Below are positions 48,163 to 63,105 of a DNA stretch of 64,000 nt, in pieces. Made by a program: the position numbers and the translations under genes. The notes beneath the pieces were generated by a model. The model saw only the letters and a list, made by a program, of their open reading frames with translations. It did not search any database and was not told where the DNA came from. Location: contig NC_043020.1 of assembly GCF_006345805.1 (NCBI RefSeq), positions 18,538,001-18,602,000 on the forward strand, given 5' to 3'. How positions within the stretch are numbered: position 1 is the first letter of the stretch; each line of letters opens with the position of its first letter. The DNA is from Octopus sinensis (Eukaryota).

Positions 48163-48975
48163 ATTTAAGCACCCCATATAACCCCTCATAACTTTTATAT
48201 TGTATGGAATTTTCAGAATATTCTTGCGAATTTGTGTTCTACACACTGGATTTCATACGATTATAAAACAAAACTGTGATTTAAGGGGGAGGTAGCTGTT
48301 ATTTTTAGCACATCTCACGACCACCTCATACCTTCCTCGTTACTTTTTCACTTTGACATGTATTGATAACTCACAATTTTGTCCTCCTTGTATTTAATGG
48401 AATGATGATGCACCCGAGGGTGGTCCATTGCCAGGGTTTAAGTAAAATATTCGGACTCTCAGTATTTCAAACTAACGTAATTTAAACCGAAAAAGTGTGG
48501 AACATTTTAGGGTTTATGGGAGAGGTAGTGGGTGGGTTTCAAAAACACTTTTTGTTTAATCTTTTTTTCTTTCATAGTCGAATTTATTCCTATGTCACCT
48601 TGATCACCCTGACCGACCAGTCCGCCAGGCGTCCATTTGACACCGCTGATCACAGCACGCTGTCCACTCCTGTCTGGATCGCGCCTTTCTCATCCACGTG
48701 ATCCCAATCGTCATCCTGAAATCGTAACTCCACCGTCGTGGAGGCCTTCCGGGTGGTCGTTTCCGCTCGTGCGGGTCCACCGATTATCGGTGAGCCGGAC
48801 GACGTGTCCAGCCCATCTAAACTTGCTGCGTGTATACAAAAAAAAATGTGAATTTGTGCTCTATACATAGGAATAAACTCCTGAATTTATTCCTATGTAT
48901 AGAACACAAATTCACAAAATTATTCAGAAAATTCTAAGACATTAAAAAGTTATGAAGGTTTATATGGCTTGCTTA
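48163..48975. mobile_element. MITE-like element with ~80-bp imperfect TIRs, hosting the RTE fragment
   Basis: TTAAGCACCCCATATAACCCCTCATAACTTTT...GAATTTGTGTTCTA (48165-48241) is the inverse of 48895-48975. Confidence 0.55.
48597..48818 (-). mobile_element. RTE-clade LINE 3' end
   Basis: RWAGHVVRLTDNRWTRT..KRPPGRPPRRW..., followed by a short 3' tail. Confidence 0.75.
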
Positions 48976-51642
48976 AGCCAGAATGCTTAGAGTTCAGCTT
49001 TGTCTATATTAATGAGATGAGGTAGCTTTGAAAGATCATGAGAGATTGTGAAACTATAAACATTGAAAAAGCCTAGTGTTTGGAGATTGATGCTGCTGCA
49101 GTTCGTCGTTGCCTGCGTAAGCTTGCTATAGACGTGAGGACTTTAGCACTTAAGTTGCCTTTGGGGTATTTTATTGTGAAGTGATAACATCCTCCTCAAC
49201 CAACAAGTTGATATTCTGTTACAGGTAGCTTTGAAATTGAGATACTTAAGTCTCTGTTTTATAAATCTTTCGCCGTGGATCGGCAAAGTATGTAAATACT
49301 GATGAAAACCCCAAGGACTCTATGGAGTCATAATCGTTTAGTTGACACATATGTCGTCAAAAATGCAATGACTCAGTAGGGAACCTATGAGTAACGACGC
49401 TATTGTTCACATACTGTGGTAAAATACATATATGATTACATATGTGTAGGTGCTTTCCAGTCACATGCTTCCAAGTTCGGTCCTACAGTGTGACACCTTG
49501 AGCAAGTATCTTCTACGATAGCCTCGGGCCGACCAAAGCCTTGTGGGTGGATTTGGTAGACGGAAACTGAAAGAAGCCGGTGGTATACATATATATTGAA
49601 GCCTTTCATTGGCATCCAAAACCACACTAGATAGTAGAGCTCACCCTACCGTATTATTCTCATCATTGTCACTTGACTCCCTATTACATCAACTTTCATA
49701 ATGAATTGTGGCTCCCATGGCTATGGGGTGAACCCTAGCCTTTAGAAGATTTGGAACTCAAAATGTAAAGAATATTCCTCCAATCTACAATCGATATCTG
49801 GTACTTTATTTATCGACCCTGCAAAAAATGTAAAGTTGACCTCGGCACCACATTCGCCTGTGCATATATATATATGCACTTACAGGTCAGGACGTTAACT
49901 AACGCTACGGATGCCATGGCCATGTCTATCAGGTGCACAAATACTTGATAATGTCTTCAATTATAAGTTAGTTTGTTGTTTATGTTTTACAGCCAAAGGT
50001 AGTATATACTTATCTTTTTGCTTGTATCAGTCTTGGACTGTGACCATGCTGGTGCACCTTGAAGAATTTTAACCGAACAAGTCGAACCCAGTATCAATTT
50101 TTAAATCTGGTACTTATTCTAGAGTTCCATTTTGCCGAACCGTTAGGTCACCGGTATGTAAACAGAATCAGAACATAGAGTGCCGGAACAAATACGATCT
50201 GATGGTATAACGACTCTGCCAACTCATCACTTAGTACCACACACAAGTAAACCAAGCAGATATTTCCTGACGAAGAGTTCTACCCGAAACGTGAAACCTT
50301 TTTGATTTCTAACATCAAAAATATTAATTGCAAATTTTTCTTCTCCTGAGTGTTAATTGTTGTAGATTTCAACGTGTTTCCACAGAATATTTATACCTCC
50401 TTTGGTCAACAGTGACCGCGAGTTTCTGTATCTGGGCACTTCTCCGAGATGCCAGCTTTGGATAGATTTTTGTTAAAGACTGGTAGTTGCACATGGATGC
50501 AAGATTCTTCTCTACACACCATCTGTCATGTTCAGAGGAGAAGCATGGCCGATACAAAATGGCACCAGGTTGTCTTCAGAACGGAAAAATCCAGAAAAGA
50601 TGCCACAGGACTTTACACCCAATGCGCCAACAGTTCCTCCAACCCACCGTCCAAGATTGGTACTTTTTTATTCGTCCTCAAAAGGTTATGTTGGTATAGC
50701 CGGAGTTTGAACTCAGAATACAATGCATTGTGTTCAGAACAAACACTACGAAGTATTCTATTCAACAGTGAAGAATTTCGCAATTTGTCGCCTCCTTGGA
50801 TTATTTGGTTTCCTTACGGAAGGCGCGTCAAAGTTTAACTCTTCATGAATGCACTTGGTAAGGTTTGTATTGGATGTTGGATCTACCACGATAAATTGTT
50901 CCCCGGGGAGGAGTTTCGAATTTTGGCATAGGGGCCAGCGGTTTTGAAGGAAGGGGAAAGCCGATCTTACCGACTCCAAAAAGATAATAGTTCAAGCTGT
51001 CCCCGACGGGATTTGAACTCAGAACGTAAAGGTGGTTGAAATGCCGCTAAGCATTTTGCTCGACGTGCTAATGATTCTGACAGCTCGCTGCCTTAAATTA
51101 TACAACACGTAATGGTTTAAAATTTTGGCACGCTCATACACGCGCAAGCATATACTATGATCTTCCACACAGTTTCCGTCTACCGAATTCACTCACAAGG
51201 CCTCGATCGGATCAGGGCTATAGGTAAGACACTTCCCCCAAGTGCCATGTGGTAGGACGTGGTTGCAAAACGAGCTTCCTAACCGCACATCACACCACGC
51301 CTAGAAAATATTGATTTCGAATTTTGGCACTGGGCCAGCAATTTCGGGGTAGGGAGCAAGACGATTACATCGTCCCCAGTGCGCAATGGTACTTATTTTA
51401 TAGATCCTGAAAGGATAAAAAGCAAAGCTGGCCTCGGCGGGATTTGAACTCAGAACGTAAAGACGGACGAAATGCCGCTAAGCATTTCGCTCAGCAATAT
51501 ATTTATGGCTGGAAATCCAGTTCTGTATATTTACATATTTACAATTTGAAGACTGTTGCTGTTGATGTTGTCATTGTGATTAATCAGCTGTTTATTAGAA
51601 CATACATACATATATACATACATACATACATACATACATACA

Positions 51643-51678
<36 letters not shown>

Positions 51679-51681
51679 TTA

Positions 51682-51950
51682 TTATTATTATGGCTGCCCC
51701 CTCGTTATCGAGTATGGCCATTGCACGAAGCTTAACTGCTACTGGTGCTGTGATCGAATGTGACTTTTTAGCCCAGCCAAAGATCTACAATGTCTTGTAC
51801 AGAATTGGCAACAAAAACCTTTACCGGTAATAGCCGGCTGTAGTTGTAACTGGGCTTCATGTACCTTTGCATGTCGTTTAAGTCCTCCTGCCGAATTACT
51901 CTCTCTTCCACATGCCTGATAGATATGATTAGTATTGTGTGTAACACCAC
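51682..51950 (-). mobile_element. RTE-type LINE 3' end with C-terminal C2H2-like fingers and (TAA)n tail
   Basis: QACGRESNSAGGLKRHAKVH...CCQFCTRHCRSLAGLKSHIRS, then GGCCATACTCG...GCAGCC(ATA)n. Confidence 0.6.
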
Positions 51951-52542
51951 CACATACATGCATACATACATACATACATACATACATACATACATACATA
52001 CATACATACATACATACATACATACATGCATGCATACAATTAAGCTTCTCAAAACCAGAAGAGTGAAAGTGGATTCGAAGACTACAGATCCAATCCATCA
52101 GTGGAACTGTAAAAATCTGTAAAATTTTCCGGAAGTTTATCATTTAAATATATATGAGCATGTCTGGATATGCAAGTATATGTATGAGAATACATACATA
52201 AAGCAAAACATACAAATCTGCACATATATACACACATATATATATACATACATACACACACATACATACATACATACATACATACATACATACATACATA
52301 CATACATACATACATACATACATACATACATACATACATACATACATACATACATACATACATACATACATACATACATACATACATACATACGTACATA
52401 CATACATACAAACAACCAAAGCCTGTTGTTAATGTTGAAATTCCAGTGAAGGAGCCTTAGATTTACGTTAGAAACCTGCTCTTTCTCTGTTGGCAGGAAA
52501 CCGTGAAATAGAATTGAAAAATGGCATATATACTTTGTCCGC

Positions 52543-52579
<37 letters not shown>

Positions 52580-53719
52580 CATGTGTGTGTATGTACTGCA
52601 TGAGTATATGAGTGCGAACGTGTTTGTATTTGTCCCACCACCACCACTACCACATAGTAACCTGTATTAGTTTGTTTATGTCCCCGTAACTTAGCAGTGC
52701 GGCAATAAGAGGTCTAATACGAGATTTAAAGAAAATAACAAAACAGGTTCAATCTCACTGCATGGCACCTTGAGCAAGTATCTCCTTCTATAGCCTCAGG
52801 CCGATCAAAGCTTAGTGAGTGGATTTGGTAGACGGAGACTGAAAGAAGCCCGTCCTATATGTACGTGTCTATGAGTGTATGTGTGTGGGGGATGTTTGTC
52901 TCCCACCACCGCTTAACAGCCGGTGTTTGTGTGTTTACGTAATCGTAACTTAGCAGTTCGGCAAAAGAGAATGATAGAATAAGTCCTAGTCTAAAACAAT
53001 AAATAACTATTGGGGTCGATTCATTCAACAAAAAATTCTTCAAGGCGGTGCCCCAGTATGACCGCAGTATAGTGACCGAAACAAGTAAAATAATAAAAGA
53101 ATATAAGAAAAGAGGTCGATTTGTTCAACTAAACCCTTCAAGATGGTGCCCCAGCATGGCCGCCGACTAATGACTGAAACACCTAAACGATAAAGATTTT
53201 CCTCTTTCCACCGCCTTCATTATCCGCATTACCAATGTAAATTTCTTTTCTGTCGCATCTCCCCGCCAGAGGGACGGTACCCATCATTCAGGGAAGCACC
53301 GCCCAAGGTATTTCCCCAACTCGTAAACAAAACCGTTGAATGTTCAGCCGACGCTCCCCCCCCCCCAATCTGTGATGGCCATTAACCACTTAATCACAAT
53401 GTATTATTATACTCTGAGATTAAATGCAGCCATCATAGAACTCGATATATCCTGCTGTAACTGCATCTTATTCATTTGTTGCAGATTCCTTTGACGATAA
53501 CCGCAATATTTGAAGAACATTTAGCAGGCCGCACCTTTCCCAGTGAGGTGGGCGGGAGAGGCATTGGAGGGAGAGACCCACCCATCCTCTCCAGACATGC
53601 ACAATACAGGCTCGTACAGCCATGTACAATGCTGTTGCTTTCGAACAAACGCAATGGCGAGGAAATGTTACATAACTGCACACTCTGGAAATGTCACTGT
53701 GTACATGTAAGTGCACGTG

Positions 53720-54418
53720 TATGTGTGTGTGTGAGTGAGTGAGTGTGTCTGTTTATGTATGACTATATGTGTGCATGTGTGTGTGAGTGTGTTTGACCAT
53801 GTATGTGCGTATATGCGTGTGTGCGTATATGCACACACGCACACACAGGCGCACGCACACCAACGTTCACGCGAGCTTGATATATCAGTATACATACATA
53901 TATAAATATATATGTGTGTGTGCGTGTGTGTGAGAGTGTGTGTATGTGTGTGTATTTATGTGTGTGTGTGGGTGTGTAGATCTACCTATGCACACACATA
54001 TAAAAGTACATATATATATACATATACATATATATATACACATATATATCACACACATATATATATATACACACATATATATGTACACAGATATATATAT
54101 ATATACTCACACACGCACACGCCCACACACATATGCGTGCATATATCAATTTCTGTATGTATGCATATTTGTGTGATACACTTATTAATACATAGCTCCT
54201 AGTTATACGGGCATCGAAGTAAGTGAAGGTGAATTCGTGCATAATTATATGATATATATCATGTAATTATATGTGTATATAATTATATATGTATCATAAT
54301 TATATGTGTGTGTATATATAAATGTATGTATGTATGTATCTGCGTGTGTGTGTATATATATGTGTATATATATATATATATACATAGCCGCCTGGATTTA
54401 TTTAATCCCTATTTCCTT

Positions 54419-54463
<45 letters not shown>

Positions 54464-54581
54464 GTGTGTGTGTGTATGTATATGTATGTATATATATATG
54501 TATCTGCGTGTGTGTGTGTGTATATATATATGCACATATGCACACACACACATATATTTGTGTGTATGTATGTATGTATGC

Positions 54582-54618
<37 letters not shown>

Positions 54619-54830
54619 GCATGTATGTATGTATATCAATTTATATGTATATGTATGTGTGTATGTATGTGTATATATATATATATATTGACAGATAGAT
54701 AGGTATAGATATATAGATAGATAAATAGCGAGCTAGCTACGCATATGTGTGTGTGTGTGTGTGCGTGTGTGTGTGTGTGTGTTGGTGGTGTGTGTGTGTG
54801 TGTGTGTGTGTTGTGTGTGTGCAGCTCAAC
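53720..54830. repeat. Degenerate (TG)/(TA)/(CA) low-complexity tract
   Basis: Direct inspection. Confidence 0.85.
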
Positions 54831-55661
54831 CTCACAACTACATTGAACTAACGAACGCCAAGTCAAGTCAGCAAATTTCACCCCCCTCCCGCCACCCTGT
54901 CATTCCTCTGAAAATCTAATAAAACATTTGTTTATTATCTCATTATTCCATTATTTTTTCCTTCTATTTTTATCTCCACTTCAGTGCAAGGTCGGCTCGA
55001 ACCTAAATTAGTGAAACCTTGATCCATCTAGATTGAGTTAATCATTCTGATTCTGGCGAGCGTCCAATAGATTACAAAGTACAAACGAATCGATATGGAC
55101 GCTCTTTCTGAAGCTTTGAACAGCAACCATGACGTCACATTGCACAGGTTTCGCCGTTTCAATAAGAGTGAGATAGAAAGAGGTCTTGTACTGACTGCAG
55201 CAGTCATTGAATACTTGTTGTTTACCAATGCACTCTCTTATATACATGCACTCATGCACCCTCCTCCTCCTATTCCTCTCCCTCTCTCTCTCCTTCCACC
55301 TCCTCTTCCTTCTCTTCCTCCTTCTTTTTCTTTCTCTCCCTTGGTGGCTTTCTAATAATAAGGAACGATGCTGTCGGTGTTGTCGCCACCTACATGTAAC
55401 GGTTCGAACCTAGCTCTCTCTTTCTCTATATATATACTTGACCTTTTACTATTTTGTTTATTTTCTTCTTTCATCTAGAAATGTCGGATTCTGTTGGATT
55501 CCTGACGCATTGGACATGGATTAGCAGGCCTCTTTTTACCTCCCCATAATCTCCTCCAGCCGTGGGAAGGCTGAACTGGAGCCAGCTTTAGACGATTTGA
55601 CCGTTGAAAGCCTTGCCGTCCACCAGAATACAGTTGTCCAACGTAACTGAGACTATGTATG

Positions 55662-55692
<31 letters not shown>

Positions 55693-55745
55693 GTATGTAT
55701 GTATGCATGCATCTATCTATCTATCTCCCTCCCCCTCTCTCTCTC

Positions 55746-55791
<46 letters not shown>

Positions 55792-55818
55792 TACATATAT
55801 ATATGTATATATATATAT

Positions 55819-55851
<33 letters not shown>

Positions 55852-55897
55852 TATATGAATATATATATATATGTATATATATGTATAATATATCATA

Positions 55898-55952
<55 letters not shown>

Positions 55953-55984
55953 ATATATATATATATGACATATATATATGTGTA

Positions 55985-56034
<50 letters not shown>

Positions 56035-56869
56035 TATATATATACATATATATATATATTTATTATATAGAAGGAGCCTACAGGACTAGAACTGTTTCAT
56101 TCAGAGAAATCTTCAGGAAGCTAGTTAACAAGAATTGTATTGGCATTTATACATTTAGGCAGGTTTAAAGGGGGTGGTGGGGGACTTTTTGGGTGTAGGC
56201 ATAGCGCAAAAATATCATACTTGGGGAGTGGTGAAGGAGTCAGTGGTAAATTAGATAAAAAATAATAAAAGAATAAAAAATATATAGAAGAATAGAATTT
56301 TAGGTAAATAAGGAGATTCTCACTTATACCTATACACATATGTATACATATATACACACACACACACACATATACATACACACATGCATACACACACACA
56401 TATATACATACACACATATATACATACATATATCTACATATACATATATATATTATATATATATATATATATATACAAAGCAATAAAGGGTTTAGCAACG
56501 AATTGCCTTACCACATACCGAATTTAGAAATAGCAGTCAAAGAGTTATAGCTATTTCTTCTACTAAAAGGGAGATCTCAGTAAAAACAGCAATTGGAAGG
56601 CAGACACAAACAGGTAGAGGGAAATGAATTGACGGCAATCTATCATACATTTTTAAGTTATCTACGGACGTACGTTTCGAAATCAAGTTTTTTAGGAAAG
56701 CATAAGAATTAAATATTAAATATTAAATAATTCTATCTTACCGAAACTTCTTTTCTCTCAGCGTAGAATACTATAATCATAAATGATTATATATTGAATT
56801 TTGAGATACTAGAAGGCACCAACTCAACTCAGTATCAGAGCGAGCTAGAATCCGCAACTAGTATCACCG

Positions 56870-56888
56870 AATTCATATATATAATATA

Positions 56889-56927
<39 letters not shown>

Positions 56928-57723
56928 TACATATATACATATACATATTTATATATATATCATCATATACACCATATATGCATATACATATACACACACA
57001 TGTATATATACACACACACGACACACATACATACACAACAAAAAAATATATACATACACACACACATACACACATACACACACATATCCACATCACACAT
57101 GCACACACAACACACAAGTCCCTATATACACATACATACATATACACATAATATAATTATATATACATATATATATACACATATGTGTACCTATACATAC
57201 CACACGTACACACATATACATACAGATACAAACCCATTCCCTAATTTTAATTTTATTATCTTTCATTTATTACTTTTGTTATCTTTGACCGCTGGTCAAA
57301 AGCATCTTGGCTACGACAGCAAGTCCATTTATCTTTCTACTTGAACACAAGCACTCCCTCACGCACGCACACTCATTAGCACGCACCTCACTCATTCGTA
57401 CACTCATACACATACACGCACGTACGCGTTATATTCATACATACATACATCTACATACATTCACATATATACACATACGTACGCGTACCTACAGATTCAT
57501 ATCTACATATATACGATAAATATATATACATACATACATATACACCTACATACAAATACTACATATATATATAGTATATATATATATATATACACGTATA
57601 TATACATACATACATACACCCATACATACATACATATATACACATACACACAGACCACACGTATACATAGACATACATACGCGCATGCATACACACACAC
57701 ATACATACACATACACATTATAT

Positions 57724-57776
<53 letters not shown>

Positions 57777-58115
57777 TACATATGCATACATACATATCAT
57801 ATACACACACAGACATACCATATACACATACACACACATAACATATACATGCGTACCCATACACACACAACACACACGCGCGCATCCATATATACACATA
57901 ATACACACATGCGTAAAAGTATACATATATCTATACATATGCTTACACCTACACACACACACGCGCCTCCTTATGTTCATACTTACAATAAATAATAAAA
58001 TATATATACGTGCAGTTATTCATATACATACTGCATACTCAAAAAATAAATAATAATATTAAGTATATATACGTGCAGTTAACTATTATACAGACGGATA
58101 CATACATATAAACTT

Positions 58116-58169
<54 letters not shown>

Positions 58170-58323
58170 CTTAACTTACACATATATACATATACATACA
58201 CACATACATAACTCTACGTACCTACATATACATAAACACACGAGCGTACACGTATATGTACATATACACATACACATACACACACATATATACATACATA
58301 CATATACATACACACACATATAC

Positions 58324-58368
<45 letters not shown>

Positions 58369-58415
58369 CATACACACACACATATACATACATATGCATA
58401 CACACACATACACAT

Positions 58416-58462
<47 letters not shown>

Positions 58463-58750
58463 TATATATACATACATATACATACACATACATATACATA
58501 TTCACACATACACACACACACATACATATATACATACACACACACATACATATACATACACACATATATATATATATATATATATACATGTGTGCAAACA
58601 TACATACATACTCATACAACACACACCCACTACATATACATATATTATATACATACACAAATATATATATACACACACACATCTATACACACACACACAC
58701 ACACATCACATACCATACTATATATATATACATATAGATATATATATTAT
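56870..58750. repeat. ~1.9-kb degenerate (CA)/(TA)/(TACA) low-complexity tract
   Basis: Direct inspection; source of many spurious Y/I/H/T-rich ORFs. Confidence 0.85.
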
Positions 58751-59189
58751 CACATTGAGGGTAAAAGTTAATTAGTTATTAATCAAGTTTCACAAGTATT
58801 CAGTATTGTAAAAGGCCATTATTTTTTTGAGTAAACATTGTCTGAGAGAAATTTTCTTTAAGTAGTGGAAATGGCTAAAAAAAACTTTTTTGGCTGCTAT
58901 TTCTAGAAGGTTCAGTATGTGGCAAAGTAATTTTATTTAACTAAGCCCTAATTATATATTTTATATATACATAGCACATACATACACCACATACATATAC
59001 ACATACATATGCATACACACATATATACATATACATATATACACACACACACACACACACATACATATATATATATTTTTTACATACATACACACACACA
59101 TAATACATGCGTATATTCCTACTATACCCATACATTTCTATACATATATACGATACACATATACAAACGTGCACATTACATATGTGAAA

Positions 59190-60050
59190 GGTCTTAGGAG
59201 AAAAGGTAATCGGGGGTGCTAGTGGAACGGTGGGATGGGGGGGTTTGTGGGTGGGTGTCATCAATCGGTTGCCGGGTAGGTCTATAGTTCTTGTAGTTGC
59301 ATAATTCTTATCATGCAATTTGGGGAGTGTTCTGAGATCTTGTTAAGGAGAGGGCCTTTGGCGAACAAGATCTCTAGGCTCTCCGAAATGCAAAGATCAC
59401 AGCAGTATGGCCTCCTGTGTACGAACGCGCCTTCTGTAGTAGTTTCCACTTGGTCTTGAAGGGGATGAGTTCCTTTTAAGGTACCAGATGTGGGCGGCGA
59501 GGTAGTTTGGTTGGATTTATCCGGTCGCCGGAACGAGTGTGTGTGGGCGTACCAACGGGTCTTAAGCTGTTTGACGTCATTCCGATGTAGGATTTTCTTT
59601 TATCGTCAGGGCCTGATCTTACCTCGCATGTATATACTAGGTCCCTCTGTAGGCAGTTGTTGTTGAGGGGGGGGTTGTGGTTTTATCAGGGCAGTTGCAA
59701 TTGCTATCGGACGTTGGATGGCCTCGGAAAAAGTAGATATATTAAGTTTTTTCACATTGTTGTTGGCTAGGTTCCTGGCTAGATGGGCGTGATAGAGTAG
59801 GAGAGTCTAATAGTGTTCTTATTTAGGATAGTGTAGTACTTATGTTGGGGTGGGAAGTGTTTCTGTAGGAGAGTGAAGAAGATTTTAGCTACCAAGGTGT
59901 AGCGACCTCACGGTTTGAAGGGGGGGTTGTACCAGCTAATGTGTCTTCGTCTATTTTTCCCTGGGTTGGCGTGGGCTATACTAGTATAGGTAATCTTATC
60001 TTTAAAGCCACTGCGGGCCAGGGCTCGTTGTAATAGGGGGCTGCGGCCTT
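59190..60050 (-). mobile_element. Penelope-like element 3' part (RT-EN linker + GIY-YIG endonuclease), degenerate
   Basis: AAPYY..LARSGF, RRHISWYNPPF, NKNTIRLSYS, CNC-like Cys cluster, LVYTCEV...YIGMT, KWKLL, CDLCISE..LLNK. Confidence 0.85.
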
Positions 60051-60698
60051 AAAGATATATTATAATTATATATATATATATATAGATATATATATATATA
60101 TATATATACTGTGTATTATGCCCTATATCAATAGACAACCGGTTACTCAGACCTGTCCTGGATACACATGCACAGATAAATCTAAATTTCCTCTAAGGCA
60201 GGTACACGATATATTCTCTGTCGTTTATGAAGCACAGGTTAAATAAATCGCTTTTGTGTCTTCTGCCTTCTATTTTTTGGGGGTCTATGCATTTCTGCTT
60301 ACTGGTCGTTGAAGCCTATATACCTGGGTCTTGCGAATTTGTTTGTGTGAGTATATATATATATATATAATAATGGACTCTCCCGTCGTTAGACGACGTA
60401 TGAGGGTTAGACAATTTCTTACCGAACGGACCACACAGATGATTTGTTTATAGAGATCAAACGTTTGTTTAACGCACAGTGATCAAATGGTCGCGTCCCT
60501 CCATGAGATCGACATTGCCTGCACGCAGGTGCAATGGGTGTCACATGTCAGATATCGAAATGATCGCAGAACAACGTGAAATGAAGTGCTTTGCTCAAGA
60601 ACACAACGCAACATCCGATCTGGGAATCGAACTTACAATCTCGCAATCGTGAGTGCAACACCTTAACCACTAAGCCTGGTGCCTTCAATGTATATATA

Positions 60699-61917
60699 TT
60701 AGGTTGGCAACTAAATTCCCGCCGCTTTTCAAGTTCAACATTTTTAAAGGTTTAATAAAAAAAAATAACAACTAATTAATCAATAATGTATTCACCTTTG
60801 TTGTTTACAACTTCTTCCCAATGTTCAACAAGATTTTCAATACCTCGTTGGTAGAAATCTCCCGATTTCGATTCGAAAAATTGATCCAACCAAGCTCTCA
60901 ATTCTGCATCAGTATTGAACGAAACTCCACGCATAGCATTTGAAAGAGATTGAAAGAGGTGGAAATCCACTGGTGCTAAATCAGGAGAGCACTTCCTAGT
61001 CATGCGTTTGAATGGCTTCCTTGGTCATATTGGCCATATGAGGGCGGGCGTTGTCGTGCAGCAGAACTCCATGCTGATGATTAGGTTTTTTCTCTTGAAT
61101 AGCCGTGTTGAGTCGTTCTATCTGTTGAGCATAGAGTTCTGCGTTGACCGTTTGGTTCCGTTCAAGCAATTCGTAATGGATAATCCATTCCCAGACCAAC
61201 CATACGCACAACATCGTTTAACGCGGATGAAGATCTTGTTTCACGAGCAGTGTCGCTTGTTTACCGGGGCTAAGCCATTCCTTACACTGTTTCATATTGA
61301 TGCATAGGTGCCATGTTTCGTCGCTAGTAACGATTCAGTAAAGAAATCGTTGCTGGTGTCCATGAGTTGAGTGGTGACGAGCAAGCAAAGCAGCGGAGAT
61401 TGTGGCTCGTTTTGTTGTTGTCACTTAAAGCATGCGAAGCCCATGCTCCATACTTCTGAAGCTTTCCTATCCAGTGAAGATACTTCTCTATAGCAGTGTG
61501 GGAGCATTCCATTTTCTCTGCCTGTTCCCTTGTCGTTTGACGAGAATTTTCGTGCAAAAGTTGATTTAATCGCTCTTCATCGAACTCAACTGGACGGCCA
61601 AAACAAGGTGCGTGTTTGTAGTCAAAATTTCCATTTTTGAACTTGGCATACGAATCATAAGCGGTTCTTTCAGCTATGGCACCCTCTCCATACACAGAAC
61701 AAATATCGCCAGCAGCTTTTGCGGCCTTAGAACCCTGATTAACAGCAAAAGGAGGTGTCGAAAATGCTCATTTTTCTTAACTTGACATTCCATTTTAATG
61801 ATCCGAAAATAACAAAAATTAACTGAAATTAAGTAGAAAAAATATAGATTCCAAAATTTAAAAAGGCAATAAATTCCAAAATTTAAAAAAATCGACGGGA
61901 ATTAGTTGCCTACCCAT
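60699..61917 (-). mobile_element. Near full-length mariner element with frameshifted transposase (ATG 61793 to stop 60776)
   Basis: TIR TTAGGTTGGCAACTAAATTCCCG and its degenerate inverse, TA flanks; MECQVKKNEHFRHLLL..., LHDNARPH, SPDLAPVDFHLF. Confidence 0.9.
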
Positions 61918-61967
61918 TATATATATACATATATATATATATGTTTATATAATATATATATATATAT

Positions 61968-62018
<51 letters not shown>

Positions 62019-62026
62019 GATATATA

Positions 62027-62065
<39 letters not shown>

Positions 62066-62581
62066 CCACTGCAATCCGTTTAAGTGTCGTGTCTGTTCTA
62101 TGCGTGGATTATACCTTAACCGATATGTTATTAACCGAGCCTCTGTTCAATTTTGGGAGAGCACTGAGAAGCTTTTCTCCTCTGAGCTCCCGCTAGTGCT
62201 CGCCTATCCGCGGCTCCCCTATGCTGCGTCCCGTTTCCACATGGTAAGTTGTTTTGTTTCTCTCTGCCCCATAGACAGAACGAGCCTCAACGGGAAGCAC
62301 GGATGGCAAAATAGCACACCTCCACCACGAAACTACGCAACACGACGACAGAAGGGTAAAAAAGACACAGATACAAGCTATAATACACAAACCCATATAC
62401 ACAAACACAAAGACACATACATATACTTAATATAAAGTAAAAAAAAAAAACAGAAAATAGATAAGTAAATAACTACAAAAAGTATAAATAAAAACTATAT
62501 AAAGGGGGACGGATACAAACAATATAGTAAGCAAACTCATATATACACATGCAAAACACCTAAACATGCGCACAACATACG

Positions 62582-62619
<38 letters not shown>

Positions 62620-62794
62620 CACAGATACAGAGGCAGACGCATAGACAGATAAGAATATACACCATCGAAAGACTGAACAGAACAGGAGGAGACACGTAGA
62701 ATGAAAGAGTCGCTGAAGAGATCACAGGTGTGTGACGAAAGATTTTCAGACAATGGATATAAGATAGAATAAGAATAATAAAATTAAAAAAAAA

Positions 62795-62894
62795 NNNNNN
62801 NNNNNNNNNNNNNNNNNNNNNNNNNNNNNNNNNNNNNNNNNNNNNNNNNNNNNNNNNNNNNNNNNNNNNNNNNNNNNNNNNNNNNNNNNNNNNN
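62795..62894. other. Assembly gap (100 N)
   Basis: Run of N. Confidence 1.
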
Positions 62895-62934
62895 CGGTTT
62901 ATTGCTTTTCCAAAGCACGAAACTAAAAGTAGCT

Positions 62935-63105
62935 CGTAGTCTAATACTAATCTCAAAAACAGATAACAATAAGATTCAGTTTAGTCTCTGCTGCTTGACG
63001 AAGATGAACAACATATGGAAAAACAATTCCATTAGTTTTCCAACAAGACTCAGAGTGTATAAGTCTCTGGTGACTTCGATCCTTCTGTATGGGTGGAGAG
63101 AACTG
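62935..63105 (+). mobile_element. RTE-type RT C-terminal fragment
   Basis: KMNNIWKNNSISFPTRLRVYKSLVTSILLYG motif. Confidence 0.7.

Noticed and set aside
51739-51950. Host C2H2 zinc-finger gene
   Set aside because: The first finger is degenerate, there are no TGEKP linkers or splice context, and it is followed by an RTE-type 3'UTR and (TAA)n tail; better explained as a LINE C-terminus.
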